DNA of 61,860 nucleotides from an uncultured delta proteobacterium (GCA_963745035.1 CAVUVW010000018.1:1-61860), one strand, 5' to 3'. Shown: positions 49,172-59,546, counted from the stretch's first letter. Program-made: numbers and translations. Notes: a model not told the origin generated them from the sequence alone.

Positions 49172-49884
49172 GAAGAGCGGCGTTCGCGGATGCGGCTCAA
49201 GTAATATTCCCAGGGCGTGCCGGAAAAGCCGGATCACCAGAGAAGGTTGCCAACTCCTCTTCGCTCATGTAGAGCGGCTCGCCGTGCGCCACGGCCATAT
49301 GCGCGAGCTGGCCAAGGAAGGCAAGCTGGATCGTCCGTTGGATCGTTTGCTCTAGACTGCTGCCGACTACGGCATCGCCGTGAGCGCGCAAAAGCACTGC
49401 GTTGCTGTCCTTTAGAGTCGCGGCCAGCGCTTCGCCTCGCTCAAAAGTGCCGATCAGCCCGGCGGCAGGATAGATCGGGCGGACCATTGGGCGGCAGAAA
49501 TTTCGCGTACATGTGAATCGGCCGAAGACCGCCTTTGATGACGCTGAAAAGCGCGCTCCAGCGTGAATGCGTATGCGCCACGCTCATCACATCGGGACGC
49601 GCGCGCATGATACGCGCGTGAATCGGCCACTCGTAAGGCGACGCCTTATCGCCGCCCAGATAATGTCCTTCGAGGTCGAGCATGATGATCCGATCTAGAG
49701 TCGCGCAACCGGGGCTGACTCCCGCAATGGTCAGGAACGCCTCCGTAGCGGGTATGCGTATGCTCACATGGCCGAAGCTGTCGGTGATGCCTTCGCGGTC
49801 GAGGATGTGGCAGCCGTCGACGAGTTTTTGCTTCAATTCTTGCAACTCGTTGGAATCGAAAGCTGGAATGTCGAGTTTTGGCAT
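49168..49884 (-). CDS. Class II aldolase/adducin-fold protein, tandem paralogue (frameshifts near 49487 and 49213)
   Basis: GHVSIR, EWPIHARIMRARPDV.SVAHTH, LLRAHG, WEYY. Confidence 0.85.
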
Positions 49885-49923
49885 GAGGCCATTTCTGCTC
49901 CTTGAAACAAGAATGCTGAGACG

Positions 49924-49952
49924 GTTCTATGGGTGGGCTTTAAGAGTGTCAA
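49924..49952 (-). promoter_or_regulatory. Putative sigma70 promoter
   Basis: Minus strand TTGACA-N17-TAGAAC. Confidence 0.45.
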
Positions 49953-49986
49953 GGCAGGCGCTGACGTATACCCTGTCCGTCGGTAA

Positions 49987-50013
49987 AGATTCCTCGCTTT
50001 GCTCGGAATGACA
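49987..50013. repeat. Half unit of the GTCAT...ATGAC family
   Basis: agattcctcgctttgctcggaatgaca. Confidence 0.65.
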
Positions 50014-50118
50014 ACGACGGAGTGAAAATTCTCGAACTGCAGTGATCTGCGAATCAGCTTGACGCGCGGCGAAGAGTGATGCAAAAACGTAGGTAAATGC
50101 GCAAGGAGGCCATGCGAT

Positions 50119-51106
50119 ATGAGTAAAGCGCTGAGCGCGGCTTTGCTATTGTTTTTCTGCGCGGCGACAACGGTTCGTCGCGCAAGAAAAATATATCGCC
50201 AGCTACGCGGGCTTCGCGGGCTTTCAAGCGCCTCTCTGGGCTGCCAAGGATTTTGGCTTCATGACAAAGTACGGTGTGAACGCCGATCTCGTCATGATTC
50301 CCGGTTCGGCGCGGGGCGCGCAGGCGCTCCTCGGCGGCAGCATCCATTTCGGCCAGATCGACGGCACGGCGCTGATCGCGGCGATCAATCAGGGCGCGGA
50401 TCTCGTCTTCGTCGCCTCTTCGCTGAACAAGTTTCCCTTCAGCTTGGTCACGCAGAAGGCGATTCGCCAACCCAAAGATCTCGTCGGCAAGAAAATCGGC
50501 ATCGTGAGTCTTGGCGGCGCGCATGAAGTGTCGCTCATCCTGGCGCTCCGAGAGTGGAATATTCCGCGACAGTCGGTGACTTTGCTCGCGAGCGGACCGG
50601 CAGCGAATCGACTCGTGGGGCTTTCGGCCGGCGCTCTCGATGCAACTTTACTGGCCCCTCCCGAGACCGGCGAGGCCGCGCGCATGGGACTGCCGACTCT
50701 GGCGCACATGACCGAGCTCAAAGCGGCTCATTTTCCGATGAACGCCATCGCGACGCGGCGCTCGTTCATGGAAAAGAACCGTGACGTGATCAAACGCTTC
50801 CTGCAAGCCTACGCCGAAGGCATTCACCAGTTCATGACGAGCAAGGAAAAGGGTGTGGCGCTGCTGACCCAGCGGATGAAGCAAAAGAATCCCGCGGTCG
50901 TCGAAGAGACTTATCAGTATTTCGCTTCTACGTTTTCATCCCCGCCGCGCATGTCGCACGACGGCATGCGCGCCGCCATCGACATGCTCCAGCAGCGCTC
51001 GCCGGAAACCAAGTTCGACACTAATGTCGGCCGCTACGTCGACGAACGCTTGATGGACGAGTTGGAGCAGGAAGGGTTTTTCAAGCGGATGGGCGGAAGA
51101 AGCTAA
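50119..51106 (+). CDS. NMT1/SsuA-like ABC substrate-binding protein (frameshift near 50180)
   Basis: Signal MSKALSAALLLFF, KYGVNADL, DLVGKKIGI, ELEQEGFF. Confidence 0.85.
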
Positions 51107-51131
51107 TACGGATCTTGCGGGAATCATTCTC

Positions 51132-51736
51132 ATGTCAACTTCGAGGGAAAATTCAGCGCAGCTGCAGTGTCATCCGGACACGCCTTCTACGGTTGTCGAA
51201 AATATCACAGCAAACATCCGATGGGATGAGGGCAGAAATCTCACGATCAAATACAGTCTTACTGGCGCGGTCGAGCGCTTGCGGATCCCCGAGGATCAAT
51301 CGGCCATAAGAGCAGACGAGTTGTGGCAACACACGTGCTTTGAACTGTTCATTGGCGCGCAGAACGACGCTGAATACTACGAGTTCAATTTCTCTCCCTC
51401 GGGGGAATGGGCGGCCTATGAATTTCGCAACTATCGCGACGGAGGGCCTATTCACGTTGACGGACTTGATCCGAAGATCGCGGTGCAGCGCAGCGCGGAG
51501 GCCTTAGAGCTAAGCGCCAAGGTCCGCTTAAATCGCTTGCCGGGAATTCAACCCGATGTTTACTTGTGCATCGGGCTTTCCGCCGTGATCGAAAGTGCGC
51601 GACGGATCGCTCTCCTACTGGGCGCTCAAGCCATCCTCCGGGAAAGCCTGATTTTCATCATTCCGACAATTTCACTTTGCAGATCGAGCCTGCGGTGGTC
51701 CATGGCGCCGCTATCGATTATACTGCCGAGCCATGA
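51132..51736 (+). CDS. DOMON-like domain protein (frameshift near 51600)
   Basis: LQCHP, RADELWQHTCFELF, YYEFNFSPSGEWAAY.F..YR, GLSAVIE; alternative-frame tail SYWALKHPPGKPDFH; stop overlaps the next start (ATGA). Confidence 0.8.
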
Positions 51737-52938
51737 AGTGCGGCATCGATCGCCTCATCGAAGATAAGCAACTAAGGAAGCCCTTGGCGGGAAAGCGGAG
51801 CGCGCTGCTCGCGCATCCCGCCTCCGTGACTGCAGGCTTGGTTCATTCTCTCGACGCCCTGGCGGCTCTCAAAGACATCAATCTCACGGCTGCCTTCGGC
51901 CCGCAGCATGGACTGCGCGGCGACAAGCAGGACAACATGATCGAATCGCCTGACTTTCACGATCCGGTGCAGGGGATTCCGGTGTTCAGTCTTTACGGCG
52001 AGGTGCGCCGACCTACTGCGGCGATGATGGATAGCTTCGATGTTCTGCTCGTCGATCTGCAGGATGTTGGCTGCCGTGTTTATACGTTTATCACGACCTT
52101 GCGCTACATCCTCGAAGCGGCGGCGCAGCACAAGAAAAGTGTCCGGGTGCTCGACCGGCCCAATCCGGCCGGGCGTCCAGTCGAAGGGCTTCGACTTCGA
52201 CCGGAATGGGAGAGCTTTGTCGGCGCCGGTCCGCTGCCGATGCGTCACGGTTTGACGCTCGGAGAGCTTGCGAAGTGGTTCGTGAAAAGTCTCTGCCTGG
52301 ATGTCGAATGTGAGGTGGTTCAGTTGGAAGGGTGGCGCCCTGCGAGTTCACCCGGCTACGGCTGGCCACTCGGCGAACGCGCCTGGATCAATCCGAGTCC
52401 GAACGCATCTAATCTCTGGATGGCGCGCTGCTACAGCGGGACGGTGATGCTCGAAGGTACGACGTTATCCGAAGGCCGTGGTACGACCCGGCCGCTGGAA
52501 CTTTTCGGCGCGCCCGATCTCGAGCCGCGCGCGCTGCTCGCAAAAATGCATTCGCTCGCGCCTGAGTGGATGCGCGGCTGCCGGCTGCGCGAGAGCTGGT
52601 TCGAGCCCACGTTTCAGAAATATGCCGGGAAGCTCTGCGCGGGAGTGCAAATCCATGTCGATGATCCGAGCTACGATCACGACGGGTTTCGTCCGTGGCG
52701 TCTCATGGGGCTGGCCTTCAAAGCGCTGCGCCTTCTGCAGCCGGATTACGATCTCTGGAGAAAATTTCCGTACGAGTATGAGAACGACCGTCTCGCCATT
52801 GATCTGATCAACGGCGGCGAGCTGCTGCGCGATTGGGTGGACGATCCGGCGGCAACCCCTGGCGATCTCGATCGTCTCGCTCAAGCCGATGAGAATTCGT
52901 GGCGTGACGAACGCGATGCGGTTCTGCTGTACGACTAA
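51733..52938 (+). CDS. namZ: DUF1343 / exo-beta-N-acetylmuramidase NamZ family protein
   Basis: FGPQHG, SLYG, DLQDVGCRVYT, LDRPNP, RHGLTLGE, PSPN, SEGRGTT.P. Confidence 0.88.
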   Translation: MKCGIDRLIEDKQLRKPLAGKRSALLAHPASVTAGLVHSLDALAALKDINLTAAFGPQHGLRGDKQDNMIESPDFHDPVQGIPVFSLYGEVRRPTAAMMDSFDVLLVDLQDVGCRVYTFITTLRYILEAAAQHKKSVRVLDRPNPAGRPVEGLRLRPEWESFVGAGPLPMRHGLTLGELAKWFVKSLCLDVECEVVQLEGWRPASSPGYGWPLGERAWINPSPNASNLWMARCYSGTVMLEGTTLSEGRGTTRPLELFGAPDLEPRALLAKMHSLAPEWMRGCRLRESWFEPTFQKYAGKLCAGVQIHVDDPSYDHDGFRPWRLMGLAFKALRLLQPDYDLWRKFPYEYENDRLAIDLINGGELLRDWVDDPAATPGDLDRLAQADENSWRDERDAVLLYD

Positions 52939-53051
52939 GATCGAGGTAATGCATCCAAAAAGAACATAGAATCAAGTAGGGATTTTCGAAGTTTCTCCTC
53001 CGCGTTGCACTTGATTAGCTCGATTCCATCCCGGTAACCAAGAGAAGATCA

Positions 53052-54035
53052 ATGCTCACAATTCTCATATTTGCTGTGCTTGGTTTTGCTTCCACGGTGG
53101 ATGCTCAAGAGCGGCTCACAAAGTTCCGCTTTGTCCATCTCGAAGCCAACGGCTCTCAAGCTGTTCCGTTCATCGCCAAGGAAGCCAGGGTTTTCGAAAA
53201 GAACGGTCTGGATGTGGAGATCATTCGCATCGGCGGCGGCTCGCGGGTGATCCAGGCGATGCTGGCCGGTGAGATCAAAGTCGCGCATGGATCCTCGCCC
53301 GCGGTCGTGGAGGCGAATCTCGCGGGCGCCGATCTTGTAATCATTGCTTCGACCGTCAATGTCGCGACGTTTCGCATGATGGTCGCGCCGACAATCAAAG
53401 CTCCGGGTGATCTCAAAGGAAAGAAGATCGGCATCAGCCGTTTTGGCGGTCAAACCGATACGCTGACGCGCCATCTACTGGATCGCTGGCATGTCGATGC
53501 CAAGGACGTTGCGCTGATACAGACCGGCGGCGGCGCGGAGACTGCCGCGGCGATGGTTACCAAAGCGATCGACGGGGCGCTGGTCAATCCGCCGCTGCAT
53601 CTTAACCTCGCGGACGCGGGCTTCCGCACGATGGCGAATCTGGGCGAGATGGGCGTGCCGTACACGAGCGGCTCGGTGGTAACGACGCGCGCCTTCGTCA
53701 AAACCAACCCGGATATTCTCCGCCGCGTCATGCGTTCCATGCTCGAAGGGATCAAGATCTACAAGACCGATCGCGAGTTCTCGCTCAAGGCGTTGGAAAA
53801 ATACACCCGGAATCGAGATCAGAAAGTGCTGTCCGCTTTATGGGAAGAGTTCGGCAACGGCGTCATCCAAAGAGTTCCCTACGCGGACACGGCCGGCTTC
53901 AAGTTTGTTTTGGACGAAGTGGCGGTGCGCCGTCCTGAAGCGAAGAAAATGAACGTCGACGAGTTGATCGATAACAGGTTTGTGAGAGAATTAGAGAACA
54001 GCGGTTTCGTTAAAACACTTTACGGTGGAAAGTAG
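53052..54035 (+). CDS. NMT1/SsuA-like ABC substrate-binding protein
   Basis: Signal peptide, FEKNGLDV, DLKGKKIGISRFG, FVRELENSGFV. Confidence 0.9.
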   Translation: MLTILIFAVLGFASTVDAQERLTKFRFVHLEANGSQAVPFIAKEARVFEKNGLDVEIIRIGGGSRVIQAMLAGEIKVAHGSSPAVVEANLAGADLVIIASTVNVATFRMMVAPTIKAPGDLKGKKIGISRFGGQTDTLTRHLLDRWHVDAKDVALIQTGGGAETAAAMVTKAIDGALVNPPLHLNLADAGFRTMANLGEMGVPYTSGSVVTTRAFVKTNPDILRRVMRSMLEGIKIYKTDREFSLKALEKYTRNRDQKVLSALWEEFGNGVIQRVPYADTAGFKFVLDEVAVRRPEAKKMNVDELIDNRFVRELENSGFVKTLYGGK

Positions 54036-54120
54036 GTTCATTGACTAACAGCTCTGCCGGCCCAAGTTAGGCAATCCGTTCTCATCCGCCGAGTCTCGTT
54101 TCCTGAAAAGCTGCGCAGCG

Positions 54121-54153
54121 TGTCATTCTGACGAGCGTCGCGAGGAAGAATCT
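54121..54153. repeat. Half unit of the GTCAT...GAATCT family
   Basis: tgtcattctgacgagcgtcgcgaggaagaatct. Confidence 0.55.
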
Positions 54154-54271
54154 GCTTCTCTTGCGGGGTTCGCGCTTGGATTCGCTGAATTCAAGCGGCC
54201 CCTTCGCCAAGGCTCAACATAACGTAAACTGCGGATTGCTGTCGGATGATCTGTAGAATTTGAATTAATCT

Positions 54272-55205
54272 ATGAACGCCATCGAAGTCGAAAACATACG
54301 CAAAGTCTATCGATCCAAGGACCGCGAGACCGTGGCGCTCGACGGCGTGTCGTTCGAAGTGCCGCAAGGCACGATCTTCGGATTGCTCGGGCCCAACGGC
54401 GCCGGCAAGACGACCTCGTGAAGATTCTCACGACGATCACTCCGCCGGCAGGCGGCCACGCGAGAATCATGGGCTGCGACGTGGCGCGCAATCCTCTCGA
54501 GGTACGCCGGCGCATCGCCGTGGTGCTGCAGCAGACGGCCGTCGACGGCTTGCTGACCGTACAGGACAATCTTCTCATCTACGCTATCTCCATCACGTGC
54601 CGCCCCACGCGGCCCGGAAACGCATGCAAGCGGTCGTCGAAGAGTTTGAGCTAGGCGAGAAGCTGGGGCAGACCGTCTATGATTTGAGCATCGGCACCAA
54701 GCGCCGGGTTCAAGTGGCGAAGATATTCATGGTCGATTCCCCGGTTATCTTCATGGACGAGGCGACCACCGGCATGGACCCGTTCATGAAGCGGCGCGTG
54801 ATGGATCGCATCGTCGCCGAATCGCGCAAGGGCAAGACCGTTTTGATGACGACTCAAGTGCTGAGTGAGGCGGAGCAGCTCTGTGATACCATTTTGATTA
54901 TCGACCGCGGTCGTATATTGGCGTCCGGCACGCTTGAGGATCTGCGCCGGCTGTCGGAGCAGATGTTTCGAGTGAGCCTGACGTTCGCCGCGATGGACGA
55001 CAATCTCGCCAGTCGACTGCGCGACCTGCAGCCGGTGGAGTTCAAGGTGACCGGCAAAAGCGTGGAAATGTTGTTTCGCGGCACGGAGGCGTCACTGCTG
55101 GGAGAGTTGGCAGACATCGCGCGAACGGTGCCGATCACGCAATTCGAAATTCACGGCGCCGATCTGGAAGAGATTTTCATGGCGCTGGTGAAGGAGGCGT
55201 CATGA
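54272..55205 (+). CDS. ABC-2 type exporter ATP-binding protein (frameshifts near 54415 and 54585)
   Basis: ALDGVSF, LLGPNGAGKTT, LSIGTKRR, MDEATTGMDP, EAEQLCD, LEEIF. Confidence 0.85.
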
Positions 55206-55690
55206 GCGGCATTGCAGGGGTGATTTATCGCGACTGGCGCCAGCGCATCACCAATGTCGGTTTTGTTTTTTGGGATTTGCTCGTGCCGGCGGCGTATCTG
55301 GTGCTGTTCGGCACCGGGTTTGACTACGCGTTGGCGCGCTCGTTCGTCGTCGATGGACGGGAGATCGAATATACGTCCTACTTGCTCCCCGGGGTGATCG
55401 CAATGACCGCTTTCAGCGTGGCCATGAACACCGCCTGGGGTTTTTTCATGGACAAGGACTCAGGGATTTTTTACGAGATGTTGACTTATCCGATGACGCG
55501 GCGGCAGTTTTTAATCGGCAAAGTTTGCTTCAACGTGACGGTGAGTTTGATCGGCGCGTTGCTGACGATATTGCTCGGCGTCTGGGTGATGGACATGCCC
55601 GTGCGCTGGGACTTGGCGCCGTTGACTGCCTTGGTGATCGTCGCGACCACGGCGGGGTGGTTTTTTCTGTTGAGCATCTTCGCCATCCGC
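55202..55690 (+). pseudogene. ABC-2 type permease, C-terminally truncated; reading frame continues into foreign sequence to 55861
   Basis: YLLPGVIAM, DKDSG..EML.YP and hydrophobic helices end abruptly at ...SIFAIR; last helices missing. Confidence 0.75.
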
Positions 55691-55863
55691 TTGCCGCAGC
55701 CCCGGCGTATCCTGGCAAACGTCGTAAAAGCTCGGGGTCGATTCATCCGCGAAGCCGTGTTGGAGCAGGGCTACCGTGCTTCTCAGCTAGCAGATTTTCT
55801 TGCTTGCCATCCGTCGAACGTTAGCCGGGGGCAAAAGGTTAGTAGACTTAGGCAAATCTGACA
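55691..55863 (+). mobile_element. Probable 3' remnant of a REP-associated tyrosine (IS200-like) transposase: C-terminal HTH plus end sequence
   Basis: VVKAR..FIREAVLEQGY..SQLADFL.CHPSNVSR HTH-like tail followed by AGACTTAGGCAAATCTGACAC. Family call is by recognition only. Confidence 0.5.
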
Positions 55864-55891
55864 CGGCTAACGGCTGCGGCGAATTCTGCTT

Positions 55892-58471
55892 TTACGTTGC
55901 AAATAGTCCACGAAATTTGTCCAAAAGGGAAGTCCATTGTGGGCCGCTGTCATTTGAAAGCGCGTTCAGCAATTGATTTGTGTGTTTCGCCGCCTCGCTA
56001 CTTTGTGATGGAAGGCGCCGCAGCCTAGCCACTGCGACTGCCTTAAGTTCTCTATCACTGCAAGCGAGCGCGACATACGCGCAAGCTACAGCGTACGGAT
56101 AATGAAGATGCGCGGAAAGAGCCTCTGCATTGATGTTGAGGAGCATTTCACGCGCTCCTTCCTTTCGGTTAGCGCGCAAGCGAGCATCCAAAGTCACTAA
56201 CTGCGCAAGTGGATCACCAAGAGCAGCTGCGTCAGAAAAAATACGTTCTACTTCGTCGAAGTTCCCGTGCTCAATCAGTATGCTGGCGAGCATATGCTCG
56301 TGTCCTGAATCGCTGAACACCCGTAGTTCATCTTGTGCAGCTTTAAAATCTTCTTCGTTTCTGGTGATTCTCCACCGATATGCCAGTGCATTCGCTAAAG
56401 CCCCTCGATTGAAAACGCTGCTCTTCGACACAGCAATGACTGAATCTACGTGCTTTAACGCTTCCTCTAGTTCGGCAGAGCTCAGGAAATACTGAACCAA
56501 TTCTAGTTGCGCGTACAACCTCTCTCCATCGCTATACGCGTGGGAAATCGCGCGAGTTAAATACTCCTTTTTCTGAGCTGGCGGGTAGTCGAACAGTTTA
56601 GTTGCTAGCAATAGAGCTAACGTGTCATTCACGTTTTCGACATCACCTAGCTTTTCCAATTCCCCGATCGCTGAGGTGTAATCACCCAATTCGACAAACC
56701 ATTGCGATGCTAATGCTATAAAGCGAAGGCTAACTGCCGGCACGTGAGCTACTTTGCTGAGATAGCGAAGTTCCTCCGCGAAGGAATGCGACGTACCATT
56801 TGCTATGACGAGTTCTCCCAGCCGCCGAACGTGAGCGTCCAAAGCTGGCACATCAAATTCCACCAATTGTCGGTGCAGTTCCGGTGCGACATTCATCGTC
56901 GGAGCAGTGTGTTGTCGTACCCAGATGACATATTGTGCCAACGCCGCTCTGGCAAGGTCTTCAGCAGTGGAGAAATCGCGAATTGCCATGGCTGAATCTA
57001 TGTCGCGCTCGATGTGGTCGCGCTTGTTTTCCGATTTTAGAAATGGTTCACAGCATTCCGCGAAACGCCGTGGCCTTGCACAAAAGCACCTGTCCAGTGG
57101 ATCAGGCTTCCAAACTCGTCTCGTTCGCTTGCCTTCAACGGAGGAGAGCGCCTTTGCTTAAGCCATACGTCAAATACCGGTGTTAAATAGAAAGGTTGGT
57201 ACTCCTCATCAAATGTAATCGTGTCGGCGAGCTTAATACCGCCAAATGTACCTCGCTTGAACGGTGTCATATAATTTCGAACCGTGCCGTCGCGAGTCGC
57301 TACCAGTACTTGCAGAACTTCCTCTCGCAGCGGATGCTCGCTAAGTCTATCAACATCTATCACTTGCGCGGTCTTTGGTGAGCGGACCACCCATGCTTCT
57401 CCAACGTCAATGAGGGCATCAGCACCGACGCTTTCGATGAATCGGGCAATCATCCGGAGTAATAAATGCTTTTCCGTCCGGTTTGCCGCATTTACGCCTG
57501 TCAGATGCCAATGACCCAAACCATCACGGATAAACATCATTCGATGGTGATACCTATCTTTTCGCAAAATACGCTTGGCATTGTGCAAAACGTGTTCGGC
57601 AAAGATTATTGGATCACTTTCTTGCCATTGGGCGATGCGGTTATTTTTCTTCAGGCGTAACGTCTTACCGCGCTTGCTAACTGTTGTGCTGTCGGTTGGA
57701 CAGGTTTGACGCCAGCCGTATTTAATTCTTGGCCAGTAGACAGTTCAAACTTGTGCACGCGATCTTCAGCCCCGAGCAACATGCACCCGAGCATACCAGT
57801 ACGGTGATGAGCGGAAGGAGAAATCAGGATGATCACTTTCGGACGAAATACAGCCGGATTCGCGTAAGATAACATGGGCGTCTACACCAGGTTGCTCAAG
57901 ATCGCCATAAGCCTCTGCTAAAGCATCAAGAATTTCTCGATCTGGCCAGTCAGGAACACGCCAGCATCGTTCAATAACGACTGCTGCATTTTTAGCATCC
58001 CCGGGAGAAACTTTGCTGTTATTGATGGCTGCTAATAAAGAGAAGATTGCGTAAAATCAATGACGGTGGAATGGTCGGCGGCACGATCGATTCGATGAGT
58101 ATATCGTCGCGCCATGTAACCAGCTTCACAACCCCAGTACTGTTAAGCTCAAGTTCCCCCTGCTTGACGACAATATTTCGTGCCTCCTTCAGCCATTTTA
58201 GAAGAGGGTTCGCTCTCAACAGTTCTTGCCACGGTGCATACCATTGCTCAAAATTAGTAATCGCCGCTTTTCAGCCTGCAGCACGAACGTAACATTCCCG
58301 TAAAGCCTGTATGGTCGCATTCAAGTTCGCGTGGAAAAATTCGGGTTGATGATACTGCTGTAAAGTTTGGTGCCAAAGCACATGCGCTTTCAATGAGACG
58401 GCGGTGTGTTTTCAGAGAATGGGACAGCGACTAACATCGGCCGAGCCAATGTGAGTCTGTGCTTTGGCCAC
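55892..58471 (-). pseudogene. Large fragmented SEC-C-motif protein with helical N-terminal domain and TPR-like C-terminus (many frameshifts)
   Basis: Joinable fragments CPI..THRRL, LWHQ, ANLNATIQAL, WYAPWQ..WLKEARNIVVKQG, ERCW..EILDALAEAYG, HHRMMF; DPLDRCFCARPRRFAECC is in frame with ORF 55892..56989; AT-richer than flanks. Confidence 0.6.
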
Positions 58472-58518
58472 GATTACCCCCTAAAGAAACATTCAACATC
58501 TCGAAAAGTAGCCGGCTC

Positions 58519-58573
58519 GGGTCAAGTCTTTGCTTTTGACATCGTAGTGCGTAAGTTTAGACTTCCTCACCCC
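58519..58573. repeat. Possible transposase-associated end motifs
   Basis: GGGTCAAGTCTTTGCTTTTGACAT followed by TAAGTTTAGACTTCCTCACCCC; loosely inverted and similar to the motif at 55838-55863. Confidence 0.35.
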
Positions 58574-58679
58574 TCGTCTTCTTGCCTCAGAAAGCCATAA
58601 CACGTGTTGCAGTTCTATTCCCTCCCGCGCCGTGTAGGCGGCTTAGAACTGCGTTACTCACTAGGCGCTTTTGTCGCTC

Positions 58680-59102
58680 TCAGATTTTCTCTTTCTCGCC
58701 CCATGCACATTTCCTTAGTAAAGCCAATGGAAGGTTCAGAGGAGAACCGACAAGGATTTTCGTGGCGTTTGTAAGCGCGGAGTATGTTTCAGAGTCGATC
58801 TGAAACGGAGGTGTCTCAGGTTTCCAGTCTGGATCTCGCAGTGTTCTGAACACGCCGTATCCTAGAGTGCCGGCTGCAACCAAGAACGTGATTCCACCGA
58901 TCACTATACCCGCCATCGCGAAACCGCTGGTGATTCCTCACCCGTCGAGCTCCATAGCAAAGACTCCCAATCACGATCAGATTACATGCAAAAGAGAACC
59001 ACATCCGGGCGGGAGTATTGGAGTTATTGTTGATCGGCACGAGCGTATTCTACCAAAGTGCATCGCCACTTGGCGATCCTGGGTCGCTGACGCGGCAGTC
59101 AT
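58680..59102 (-). CDS. Possible small membrane protein, frameshifted or degraded
   Basis: Hydrophobic stretch AGIVIGGITFLVAAGTLGYGV; GGAG RBS before ATG at 59102; frames do not join cleanly. Confidence 0.3.
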
Positions 59103-59522
59103 CTGTCTCCTGCCTCCTCAGCCGATGGAGCGGCAGCCGATGGACCTTCACGCACGGCGTAGGTTACCACGGGCTCGTCGATCCTTTTATGAATTCGGCA
59201 GGGATGGGCACGAGCACGAAGCGCGCGTCGAACTCGGTACATAGCGCCTCGGTGACGAGCAAGGATCAAAAGGTTTGGGGTCGGACCAAGCTAAGTCGCC
59301 GTAGCTTCAGGATTGTCGTTCCAAAACCTGGCGTTTTCGGAGCTTAGCACCTCATTTTCGCCGGTAAAATCGGACCGGTAAGCTTCACTTTGCTCGCGGA
59401 GCGCATTCAATCCCTGGTCAGGAGTCGGATCTAAGCCCCCGTCGATTTAAGTTTTTCGGCCCAAAAGAATGGCAGCTTTTAAACGCGCCGTCGGGCGTTA
59501 CGGATTGACGGAGCGTTAGCGA

Positions 59523-59546
59523 TTGAACGGTTTGAACGGCTTGAAC
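59523..59546. repeat. 9-nt tandem TTGAACGG(T/C) x3; a reverse-complement relative lies at 36906-36928
   Basis: ttgaacggtttgaacggcttgaac versus gttcaaatcgttcaagttgttt. Confidence 0.55.

Noticed and set aside
55864-55890. Integron attC site after the island gene (GTTAGCC on the minus strand)
   Set aside because: No matching RYYYAAC inverse core or paired L boxes, and no integrase.
59100-59400. Possible minus-strand gene remnant (...LILARHRGAMYRVRRALRARAH...EPVVTYAVREG)
   Set aside because: Interrupted by a stop, with no clear start and no recognisable family; not supportable as a feature.
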